The notes under the pieces were generated by a model. It made no database searches. It worked only from the letters and a program-made list of their open reading frames with translations, and was not told where the DNA came from. 64,000 nucleotides of DNA from assembly GCA_964035545.1 (NCBI GenBank), contig OZ037768.1, positions 14,393,675 to 14,457,674 on the forward strand, given 5' to 3'. This DNA is from Bugula neritina. Its lineage: Eukaryota > Animalia > Bryozoa. Below are positions 27,532-40,369 of this stretch, piece after piece. A program made the translations under genes and the position numbers. Position 1 is the first letter of the stretch. Every line of letters begins with the position of its first letter.

Positions 27532-30500
27532 TATATATACGTGTGTGTGTGTGTGTATGCATGTATGTATATATAATATAGTATGTGTATTATATATTAT
27601 ATATACTGTTATCTTACACATATAAATACATACATACATGAATATACATACATATGTGTTTGTGTGTGGGTATGTATGTATGTATATGTTAGTACTGATA
27701 AATATGGTGTAGCGCTGTCATTACAGCTCACTGACTGTGCTATGCTCTTGCTGATGTTTTACGCAGCAACAGCAGTGTTTAGTTGATTTGAAGACCTAGG
27801 CAGTGTTTACCATCGATAAAATCACCTAAGTTATAGCTGTCTATAGATTAGATGGCATGATACTACTGTATCAGAAAAGATCTCCAATCCTGTTCCCTCA
27901 ACGAAGAGGACGCTCAGGACAGGGTTAGGCGGAGAAGCCTAATTGAGTTAGGCCTCTGACAGCCACCCGCTACCCGAACAGAATAAGGGGAGATAGGTGA
28001 GAATAGGTGAGAAAAATAGCTGTCTATAGATTATTACAAACCAAGCCAGAAAGTTGCCATAGCAAAGTAAGCCAAAATAGTTCACTGAGCAAACATATTT
28101 CGTATTACTAATAGTTTCCCCATACACTGAAGTGTTGTAGATGACTACAGCATGATCAGACTATAAAACTCAACCAAAAAAGGGGCGTGTACCAACTCTA
28201 AAATATCACCATTATGACATATAAAACTCTGCATTTTCAAATGCAAATACATTATTAGGCCAATCAGATACAAGTATCAACTGGTCATGTAGAGTTCAGC
28301 CAATCAGAATTGTGTAAAATCTGTAATGCTAAAACAGCCAGCTCATTCACCACTATGTCAATAAAAAAACCATCAAGTGTGTTTTGCCAAAACAGCTACT
28401 AGGGTGTTTTTGCAGACATTTGTTTTTAATTGCATTTTTTGAGCACTTAATGTAAAGATTTTGAAAAATTAACTCAATACTCATAAATTTAAGATATGAA
28501 ATAAAATAATGCATGTAATAAAAGTTGTGCAGCTAGTTTTCTGAAGCATGCATTTTGCATTTGAACTTGAAGAATTTTATATAAGTTATAATGGTGAGGT
28601 TTCAGAAATTGGTACACACCCCTGATTGGCTGAGTTTTACATGGTCTATTGGTCAGCAATTTTTTGAGCACGACATTGAACCATCTTTACTATGTTCCAA
28701 CATGTTATATAGATATATTTCATTATCGCTAAGTATTGTATTATACTTGGTATACACCAAAAGTTTACGTTGTAATTAGCAACATAGGACTTGACTTATT
28801 ATACAAGTTATCAGCTATATATTAATTAACATCATGCATATCTGCAGCCTTTTAGACACAAAGAAAAGGGGTTTGCCATAGAAATAAAGAGTGCATACAT
28901 GTCTGTTTCTTATTTCTTCCATCTGCTTGTTGTGTCTCAGCAATGACTTCTTTTCCTGATCTTGTTCTATTTTTCTTGATCTGACTGTTAGGTCAGCTAG
29001 TTGGTACTTGATATGCTCCAAAGTGCTGTCTTGTTTGTTCACAGCCAGCTACAACAATCCAAAAGATACAATATAACCATATCACTTACATGCGCAACAT
29101 TTCTATGAACAGTTTATAAAAGCAGCAGATACCAGGAAAGCAGGCGTATTTTGCAAATTTGCCTACCTATTACTTTAGAAAGACACAAAATATCTTGCAG
29201 AATGTTAGCTTTTAATAATTGAAGTTATTTTTACCAGAATTTGATTTCAAAATGCAAATATGCATAAACTGTTCAAATTTGTTTCTGATCAAGACTTGAA
29301 ACAAGAAAAAGGCCAGAATTATGTACATATTCACGAACTATTATTATATACTTTATGGGCAACATAGGAGCAGCCATGGTCTAGGGGTTAGATCGCTGGC
29401 TTAGTAAACCCCAGGTCATGGGTTTCATCCCCAGTAATAGCCATTGGCGATGTTAGGAAGAACATTCAGTCATAATTGCTTCTGTGTCACATATTATGAA
29501 TGAGTCTTTAGCCCGCTTTAAAAAAGCCTTGTCCATGTGAGATTTCTCACAGGGATAGTGACTCTAAACTTGCATGAATTCATGGGCAAAATGAAAATAT
29601 CAATTATCATTAAGAACTTGATAAAATTAGTACATAGTTAGCTGTTAGTGCAGAAGTGCTAATTGCAAAGTACAAATCCCATTTTATTTACAGTAAAAAT
29701 TATGTTTTAATAATAATGGTATGTTACTGTTCAAAGACTTTTTAACTAATTTAAAAAGAGCATTTGTGAAAACAGGATTATGGTGAAATGACCTAAACTT
29801 CTTCACTCAACTTAAACACACAAGTAAAGAATAAGTAGCTCCATATATTTATATCTAGCCATGGACCATTTGTTAGAAACCCAAACAATGCAGAGAATTG
29901 TTAGCAGGTGGTAAAGTGGCAAAAAGTCAATAAAATAGCAAAAGAAAATGAATGAGTACCAGAATTCCATGCAGATATTCATTGAGTTGTGTGACAGATT
30001 GTGCTTGCTCTTGTGTGGGAGGCAGGATAGAAGTGATAGCTAACATGTTAGACATGGCCAGAAGGGAGTCATGGCCACTGTCCACTTCCTCATGTCTTGA
30101 ACTTGTTGGCAAAAACTGCTGAAGAATGTTAGAACTTGAACGGCGATTTACTGTAACACTTTTAGAGGTTTCCTGCAAAAACATAAGTAAAAGTGTCATA
30201 CCTAGCAGTATTTCTCAGAAAAGAGCACTCCGATTATCATATAATTTAAGCTGCTAGCATTACCAGATACCCTTGGATTGAATCAACACACCAATTGGGA
30301 AAATGTGGATTTGGGTTGATGAGAAGACAAACCCTGAAAAAATATTATCTAGATCAGGAACAGCTAAAACTTACAAATAACCAATATTAAGTTCAATTAC
30401 TTTTAGGAAGGAAAAAGTTTTACGGTTTTGTTTTTTACATACGAAATACTAGGACTACACTTGGCGTAAACTTTGGAGAAGAATTGGTAGCAGCAATCAG

Positions 30501-33500
30501 GTCGATTTTACTAAAACCTCACCCTATAGACTTGTAGAAAGTAGTTGCTGATGACACATATGATGAACAAAATAGTTGTGGCTGCAACATAAGATTGCCG
30601 AAAAACTGTTGCAAAACAAAGATTGGCTTCATGCTTTTAAAATGTAAAAACAAACAATAAACTAATAAGCTAATTGATTTTGACAAAGCTTCAATGCATT
30701 CAAAGCAACTACTCTGTGCCTTCATGCTTACAGATGAAATGAGGCCCAATCATAAACCAAGCAACATTACCAATGATGAAGAACGGACAAACAAATCCTA
30801 CAAGATATCAGTTTCCAGACAAATGGAACAACACAACACAACAACATAATAATGTTGCCATGGTAAGCTAACATGAGGTGTGCACTACTTAAGGAGCTGA
30901 TGACACCCAAACTCTGTGTCTGGGGTAGTCAGCGTCAGTAATCAGTTTCAAAACTGACTCACATATTTATGTTAAGTTAGATCATATCCTTAGCACTATC
31001 TATTGGCAATACTCATCAACAAATCTCATTTCTATTAAAACTATAGTCACAAGAATAACATAAAGTATGACTTGACCTTTAGATACAAGAGTTTACAAAG
31101 CAGAGTGTCTCGTTCTTGAGACAAGAAGCAGGTGAAATGAAAACCAGGCAATATTTAAAAAATCTTTTTCTAGACAGGATGAAAATTGAAGAGAAGTTGA
31201 GTCTATACATGCCAGCCACAATAATCACACAATTCTACTACAACCAAATATATTTATGCTTTTTATCACAAATGACAAAGTCATGTCACAGCTGGTGAAA
31301 GGAATATTATAGTGTTCTTGATAATGAGTGACCATGCAAGCATGCCACTCAGCTAACCAGTACAACCAGGCAACATCAAACTGAGTACAACCAAACTTAT
31401 TGGAGGAGGGGAGGGGGTAGCCTACCCTGAGACTTGTAGCTCTTCGAACTGAAGAGCTGTTAGAATAATTTCTACCCAAACTAGCTGTGCTCCCTCTGCG
31501 AGACACTTTAGATGATGAATATGGTAGAATCTAGGAAATGAGGCAAAACACAACTGTTTAACAATAGTACTATTACATTTGATGATCATGACTTTCCTTA
31601 ATCTGAATTCTGAATAGCTTTATAACATCAACAGATCTCAACAAAACCCAAATACCTATGGTACATTAGCAAGGTGTGTGCATGTATAAATCCTATATTC
31701 TACACTTGCTGTTAAATAGTGAATAATTAATAAAAGATCTTGATTCATCAAAAATGCTAAGTAAAACTATGTATAGTGAACTTACTCTAATAGATGCTTC
31801 TGCCCCACCCTCACAGTCACTATCCTGGTGCAGGTTCAACAGACTGGGTGTTCTCCCTTCGCTGTCTCCTTTATCCACAGCTGACTGAGTTGATGCTGCT
31901 ATAAAATATCACCCAAGAACATTCAACAGGGAAAATATTTGTAACAAAACTAGGCATATACAAAACTTTGCTATCTTAAATTCGTAGTACACATAGATTT
32001 GGTATTTCTTAAAGAAAATATGACCATCTACAAGCACAGAACATGGAGTGTTGACTGAAATCATATCAAATGATGTAAATTTGATCAGACTGTTTTCAAA
32101 AGAAAATAAATCAGCAAAAAAGAGTCAACTTGAAAAAAATACTGTACATAATAGTTTTTCTGAATAACAATTTGTATAAAAATCCAGCTCACACGAGCAT
32201 AAGACGCAAAATTAATAATGTTATACATTTTATTGTCATAGCCTTTTAGATTGCCACAATACAAGAAGTCATGAAATGAAATACACCGGTTATGCTAGGA
32301 ATAATTATCCACTGCCTGAATATGCTACCTACCATCACCAGAACAGAAAATGTATGACTGAAAAATCATAAAAGAAGGATGCTAAATAGAGGAATCTGGC
32401 CCACAATTTGAATTGAAATAATTACATGGAGACTTGACTTGGTCCTGATCAAAGCCATTAAAGGTCTCAGCACGTTTGGGCAATGGTACTTGCTGGTATG
32501 TAGGACTCTGTCTTTCTCCAACACTGCTCCAACTTCGACCTAAGTTTGTGCTTGAAGGTAGAGTTTGGTAGAGAGATGCTAGAACTGATGCCTCCTCTAT
32601 CGCCAGTCTAACCAGCTCACTAGCACAACGCAGTTCACCATTGTCATCATAGCATGACTTTATCTGTGAGTATAAATAATAATAGTTGAATGAACCTCCA
32701 AAAAGTTTTTGTTAACAATCAACTAATTTTGATTTAGGTACATAAATGCAAGAAATTAATATTGTACTTACATTTTGTAAAACATCAGCATAGTCATACA
32801 CCTGCATTATGTCTGCAATAATTGAAAACCGATCTCCGCAAAATTTTTCCAACTCTTTGTCCTTATATTCTAACAATTCTACATACTCTCGAAGTCTACC
32901 AAGTTTACCAATAACTTCACGGTGTTCTTCTTCAGTTTCATTTATAACCCCTTCATCTAAAATGAGAATACACCAGAATATAATTTAAAGTAGTTTAAAA
33001 TATATCAGCTATATGTATTGGTCACTATGATAAAAAAATATCGACTCCGGTGGGACTCGAACCCACAACCTCCGAATCACATCTAACCATTAGAAGTCCG
33101 ACGCGCTATCCATTGCGCCACGGAGCCATCTGTCTGGTGAAAACTCTATTAGCAAAGTAGATAGCAAATTTTCCCAACAGGTAAGGAGAAGCAAAATAAC
33201 TATTATGATCGCGACCGATTAACGAGGTGGAGTACTTCAGTAGTGATTAGAGTCATTAGACCCTATAGTCCACAATCGCACATTTAATTACAGACAAAAT
33301 TACTTTACGATGCATAAAAGTGAAGGTTTATACTTCATAGTTATTAACAATTATCAAAATCAAAATAGCTGTAAATTTACTCTAAGTTTAGCAATTATAT
33401 GAATTTATTCTAGATGCTTGTCAACTATCAGGAATAAAATTTGATAACTAAATATTTACATCAAACTTGTGTTGATTGAACTGCAGTTCAGTGGGTGACA

Positions 33501-36500
33501 ACTTATATGCACTTATAACACTTATAACTATTCTTTACATTTTGTAACTACATAATTGCAGATACAAAGATTTCATTCAACTGATTAAAAGACCTATTAT
33601 CATACACCAGATAAATGAAATAGGCAACCCATTTTTGTTCATATGGGTTGCCGGCTATTACTGTTTTCATTATGCAAATTTTGAACTACAACCTATCAGA
33701 ATTTGGAAAAAAAAACAGGAGATCTCATACACCAAAGAGGTGAAAAAAAAGTAACCAGCCTACAAAATACTTCTGCATAACCACTAAGAAAAAGCACTTC
33801 GGCACAAAGAAAATGAAAATAGTGCAACCAGAAGTTATGTTACACCTATATAATCCTTTTTGGATGACAGTAGATGCATCATGTGAATGCACAACTGCAC
33901 CCATGTACAAGATTACATAGAACAAAATTAACCACCGTAACGTAGTTGACTTAATATAAAACTTATTTTTAACTGATAACTAATAAACTGACAACTTAAA
34001 CTTCCAAGTATATCAATCTTCTAACAGATTCAGCTCACTTGAGCAAAAACAGTCAAGGAAGAGCAAAATAATGACGTTATGGAACAATTTCAATTACCAA
34101 CTGAACTAGCTACTGAGATCTGAGATCAACCCATGGGAAATTAGTTATTATTGGGTTTACCTTCTTCTGGACTCTCATTAACTGCTTTTCTCAGCAAGTC
34201 AATCCACTCCTTTCGCTCTTGAGAGGATTTGCACACCAACTCATACATCTCTGGGTTCTCCCTTGACTGACGTATTAGATAGATGCCCCGATTGTCTTTT
34301 GTACTGCCCTTTTCTCGAACTATCAAGTTTGAGAGAGGTATCACGCTGGCCTGAAAATACCTCAAACTTAGAATAACCTCTATCTGATCACTTGCTATTA
34401 TCAATGTCATAAATGAACAACCCATCAATGAGCATACACAATTAAATATTAAAGTACCACTACACAGTATACATATTCCATAACTGCTACATTAAATTTA
34501 CTTTGTTGTCTTGGGCGAAGAAAGAGTATTTTTTATCAGCCTCTTGAAGGCATAAGATGACATCTGAAAGAACAACGACCAACATTTCCACCTCTTTTTC
34601 TCTAGCATTACGCCAAGACAGCACACCCTCGTATCGAAGTTTTCTACCCTTTGCAGTAAGATCCGATTTCTAAATAAGTACAGTAATATGCTAACTGGAG
34701 TATCTACTTCGGCACAGGAGTTGATAACAATTAACAGTTGGCTATGCATAACTAGGGAGTCAAAATTTGCAAAATGTGACACAAGTATATGTTATAGCGC
34801 ATGCATCGAATCCTTCTACACGAAAAGCGAAAAAATGCACCTTACATAGCCTAGTACTACCTCACCTTCTAAACCATACTATGCAAATTAGCTTTTTACC
34901 CTAAAACTCCTGCACAAAGAAGTTCAGCAGAATATTTAGCAATAAAAGTGCACAGTAGGATATACTACCTTGAACTTCTTAATTTTATCATATGTAGCTG
35001 TTGACCGAGCATCCATTTTGTTGTAAATCTCAACAAGCCTTATCTCTTGGTTTCTGTCATGAATAGATGTGTCTATATGCCTTAAAATATCTTTGTTCAT
35101 GTCCAAAGCTTTGTTCAAATTTTCTTTATCATTTTTATCTTTACTGTCTGCAATAATACAATACTTGAAATAACCTTATAATATATATTATAGGAATTCA
35201 ATGCACAGCGTTGACATAAAAAGAAATATCAAAATGTGAAAAATATTAATTTACATTTGATTGAAACACTAGAACATAATAATATACTGGACTAGTGAGC
35301 AACTCTTCCATATGAAGTTGAGAATAAGGTGTTTTAGGGGCATCTAGTTGCTTAAGATGATTCACAACCTGTCTTGTATGGTACCAGGTGCTATTAGCAC
35401 GTGAAATTAGGTAACCCCCTATTCACACTTTGCCATACCGTACCGAATTTTAAGGACACATATATTTAAAAGAGAGACTTTTTCTTTCAATTGCTTTTAT
35501 CTAGTCAGTAACATTTCTATTATCTCTTTTGAAGAGAATGTTGCGACAAATTTGTGAATGATATCCAAAGGCGTACAAGTCAGCTCAGACAAGAATTAGC
35601 CTTATTATGATTGGTCACAGCTCAACGTGATGCGTTGGACTTTGTTTCAGTGTGTGAACGCATGTTGACGAAACGTAACTGCGGTGCCATTTTGTTTGTG
35701 CTGTTACGGCGTACGATACGGCAAAGTGTGCATAGGGGGTAACCTAACAATACCACCCAACAGAATTTGGCTTTTCAACATAGGTAACTCAGCTGAGTGA
35801 CCACTGTCGAACTTTAAAAACAATGCCAGCCTTACCTTTGGTGTTCTTGATTATATTCTCAATGAGGGTTCTGTACTTTGTCATTCGCATAGTAACAACT
35901 GTCACAAAATCTTGTACACCTCGCCTCTTGGTGTAGGCCATGCTGCTAACTCTCTATAAATATAAAGAAAATATTTCTCTTCAATAGATAATAATATTAT
36001 ATTTGAATAAATTACTAGTAGAAATTATTATTGCATACTACCAAAAAGTTATAAATTATTATAAACAAAGGATTAATAAAAAATTCTTACTTTTATAAAT
36101 GCCTGAAATTTCCTATCTGCTTTATATAGTTGCTTGTAATAGTCGATTCCTTCCTTATGTCTACTGCAAAAAATACCGTATGATTTCTTCATCCTCTCTC
36201 CAGTTGGTCCACCAAAGTGCTGAATCAGAATGTCACCTTATAAAAATATATAAAACAAGTTGGGGGACATTTGACAGTAAACGTATTAGAATAATTATCA
36301 ATTTCACCACAGCATTTGTTATACGTTGAGAATAAATTTCATAAGTATCCTAATTACTTTGCTTTGATTCTTACATTGCAGACATGATGGGGGGGGGGGG
36401 GGGTTACACAGAAATATCTTAAACTGCTAAATGTAATAAATAAATAAAAAGTTTCAACTATCAATAGTTTAACCATAAAATTAAGTCGCTTAAATTGAAT

Positions 36501-39500
36501 ATAGAACAATTATAAGTTCTGTAAACTAAATCAGATCACACCAACCTTAAAAAAACCCAGGATCAATCTCTATCACTACGTTCCCTAGCTACTATGCGAA
36601 TGGATTTTTCATAGGCCTCATGGAAATAGCTGCATCGAAGCAAAACTACAACCGCAACTATTCGAATGGTTCTTTTCGGAGGAAAATTCCATTCGCATTA
36701 TGTGCAGCTTGGAACCAGGTCCTTCGATTAAATAGAATGAAACCTTTTATGAAGGAGGCAGAGATGGGTGATTGTAGGGGCTAGCTACAATCGCCGATTT
36801 CATGCCCATGACAGGCTACAGTTGAAACTCAACTGTGAACGCGTTTTCGTTTTTGAGGCTAAGCGTTGAACTCCTTGACATCACAACTTTCTGATTTCTG
36901 CATGCAACTGTCTATTTTTCGTGATGGCGTTCAGCGTTGGTTAAATGCTTTTACTTATTTCATGTGCTACTAGAGAGCATTATTATTTGATTTGGTTCTT
37001 CGAAAACTATACTATTTTACTTAATAATATGATGAAGCTATGCATGCAAATCTTAATAAATTATGAAAATAAATATTTAAGTAGATAAATTCGGCTGAAT
37101 TTTATCAGCATATTTTGTTATTCTAATTTGGCTAAATTTTACTAGCATATTTAGTTCTTTATGCTAGTGAACGCGATTGAATAAAGCTAGTAAATCTCAT
37201 TAGATGAAGCTAGTAATTTTGAATAATTGAAGCTAGTTAATTAGAATAAAAATAACTAGTAAATCGTATTGAATTATGCTAGTAAATCTCAATAAATTGT
37301 GCTAAATTTGATTGTTGGTTGCTGTGGATACAGCACAAACTGAGTTGCAGCATTCCTATGGGTTAAAAGTTTACTGAGAGGCTAGAGACAGTTGGCGTTT
37401 AGTGTTTGTGGTGTGAACAGCAAAAAGTAGGACGTGACATTGGAGCTATGCGTGGTTCGCAGTTTGGTTTTGACTGTAGTCTGTAGACCCTGCCATACAG
37501 ATGTAAACAATAATTATAAGTTATAACCTATGCTAAAGTTCATCCCATAACAATTTAAATTATGATATTTATCTTAGCTGCTATTATTGAAAACAATTAC
37601 TAATAATCTCAAACATATAAAACTTTTCTGTAAGCCAAAGCATTCCCAAGCTAACAACAAATTGACAGTTATTTTCATTTTGAAAATTTAAATTACTCTC
37701 AAGTTGCCTTTACACCTTCACGATTTTCAGTCACAAAATTAAATTTGGCCGGGTTGCATTGCATTGTAAAAGCCACACGTAGAAATTTTTGTACTGTGAT
37801 AACTTAATCGGCTGATTTCAGAATAATACTTAAAAGGAGTAATAACTCCTGGTAAACATCGTTATTTAGTTATGACTTTGGCGATTAGATGGCGTACTTA
37901 TATGTCAATAATTATATCACTTACGCCTTCTCAATTGTCGCTTTTATGCTGTCAACTTCACTAATTCACGACGTTTACAAAGGGCATCAAATAGCAACTA
38001 GGCGAGTCAAATTTCAATTTTAGAAAGTGAACTTCTGCATCAATATGATTTTAACTATTTTCAGTTGGACTATAAAGGGGTACCTGGACAAGCATTATTA
38101 ACTTAAACTCGGTACTTTTTTCAGCAGAGGTATAAACGCAACTTTAGTTTACCTGCCATAAAATAGTTTATGCTTTCATTGGTTTGCGATTCTTTAATTT
38201 AAAATAAATTGACTCACAGTTTGTGTATTTATTTAATAAATTTAATCTAGCAAAAATGGGGGCAGAAGCAGTAATGAAATAATCATTGGGCGTTAACACT
38301 GACTCAAAGTTGGCCATATTAATTTACATTTTAATTCAGCTGGCAAAATTGAAAAGAGAAGATAACTTTGTACATATTGCATAGGATAGTGTGGCTTTCC
38401 TTCGCCTCCATGGAACCACAGTGACAGTGATAGATTTAATTAGCTGTGATTACTTTTACAATCATTGTAAACTAGCTTTTAGCTAATGATCAGTGATCTC
38501 AAAACCACAGATATCACTTTTCAGCCATCAACAAATTGTATTACACATGATTGAGCCCACCTTCAGCTGGCAAAACTCTCAATGGTAAATTAAACATTTT
38601 TTCAAAGATTTCAAGTAGAATAAAAATGGAAAACAACTAACCTATATGATCAATGCTCTTGTCTGGTTTTTTATCTTGTCTGTTAAGGAGACTTGTAAGG
38701 AATGCTTGGTGAAGGTCAATTAGTTCATCGAGTTCTGGGAATATGCGGTTAATTGCCGAGTCAGGAAGGGTGCATTCACTTCTCATGCCAGTCGCAAATA
38801 CCTTCTGCATAATCTTTAAGTTGACAAAATACTGTCGCTCTGTTGCTATCAACTCTGCTCAAGTCACATAAACACATTTTAATTCAGTGAAAATTCATAA
38901 AGTTGTAAATTATAAATAAGCCAAAAGTAAGTTAAAAACAATGCTGGCCAAAAGATGCGAACAGAATGTGAATTTACAGCTCAAAAAAGCTGTTGGTAAA
39001 TCTGACAGAATATTTATTATGCAGATCTGATCATGCTGGGACAAACCTACCCCATATATTGTCCTGCCGCTGAATGTATTTTGCTTTTTGATTCTTTAGC
39101 ACCTTTTTGTCAATTGTCTCACTCCACGATTCTGACTCATGGCCTTTAACTGAAAGCTCAGGGTCATCTTCAAATTCGTCATCGGCATTTCCATCGTCAA
39201 CTAATGACTCCATGGAGGGTGAATATGAGTCACCAATACTATAATCATAATGAGGTTACCAATAACCAATCAATAACTATTTTTGACAATTTAAGAAATT
39301 TTAATTTTTTCCAGAAACAGGCCGAGTTGTCTTTTTTCAGGGACAAAATAGGTGCAGCTGCTTAAAAATATTTTCAAATTGAAAAACAAGTTGAATGAAA
39401 CTTGAGAATTCTTATTTTGCATTTTACATACAAATTCTAAATAATTGACAACAAAGCTTTTCAAGTTTTGCTTCTAACATATCATGATGGTACAAAATTA

Positions 39501-40336
39501 GTTACCCTAAATGTTTTTGTTCTATTGCTATGAAAGTTACATATTTTTGTAACTTTATGCCTTTATTTTTCTACTTTTATAGCTCATTCAGACACTACGA
39601 ATGCGCCTTCGTTGGGTCTAACGAATAGCAATGGCACCCCTTTTGTCACTCCAATCATGCCTAAATGCACTAGTAGTGTACAGTTGCTTAGCAACAGGAC
39701 TTGAATAATTTAGTTGTTATGGTTAACTGAATCATAGCTGTGCAATAAAAAAAGTAAAAATACTGCGTTTATAATTAATCAAATATGAAAAATTTAAATC
39801 ATGACAAATTTAAAACTAATTAGCTAAAATAACTGAAATTTTGGTAAATTTATGTTTGACAACAGTTAGACTATGAAAAGTAAAAGAAAATAACTGAAAA
39901 CTGAATGCCATGTAAGTGTTTTTATATCAAACTTGAACTGATTATTTATTCTTTTGTAGCATTTCACTACTTGCTTATATTTTTCATTGTAATTGAATAA
40001 AAAATTAAAATGCCTTGTTTTTATTGTACTTCCTCCATAAAAAAACTATTGCTAAGCCATTTTCAGCTAGACAATTATAACATGAATTATAGAAGCTGTC
40101 AGTGACTACTTTATGCAAAATGAGTCAGTTGCGTCATTTCAATTTGACCACATTGACTCAATTGTTTCAGTGAATCTTTGTAGTCAGGACCAGAAAGATC
40201 ATACAGTGCAGGTGGTCCAGCTCTGAAAATTTCTATAAAAAAACCTACTTCTGCCATGAAAACTGCTGGAAATAATTTTGAGATGCTGCTGACTAGTAAA
40301 ATAATATGCTTTCTACTAGTTTATTTAAGTTGATTG

Positions 40337-40369
<33 letters not shown>

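Noticed and set aside
36389-36403. G15 homopolymer as a functional G-quadruplex
   Set aside because: Isolated homopolymer with no supporting context.
36575-37500. CpG-richer block with short hairpins and GCTAGTAA repeats as an ncRNA
   Set aside because: Looks like TE debris; no definable ends or known RNA fold.
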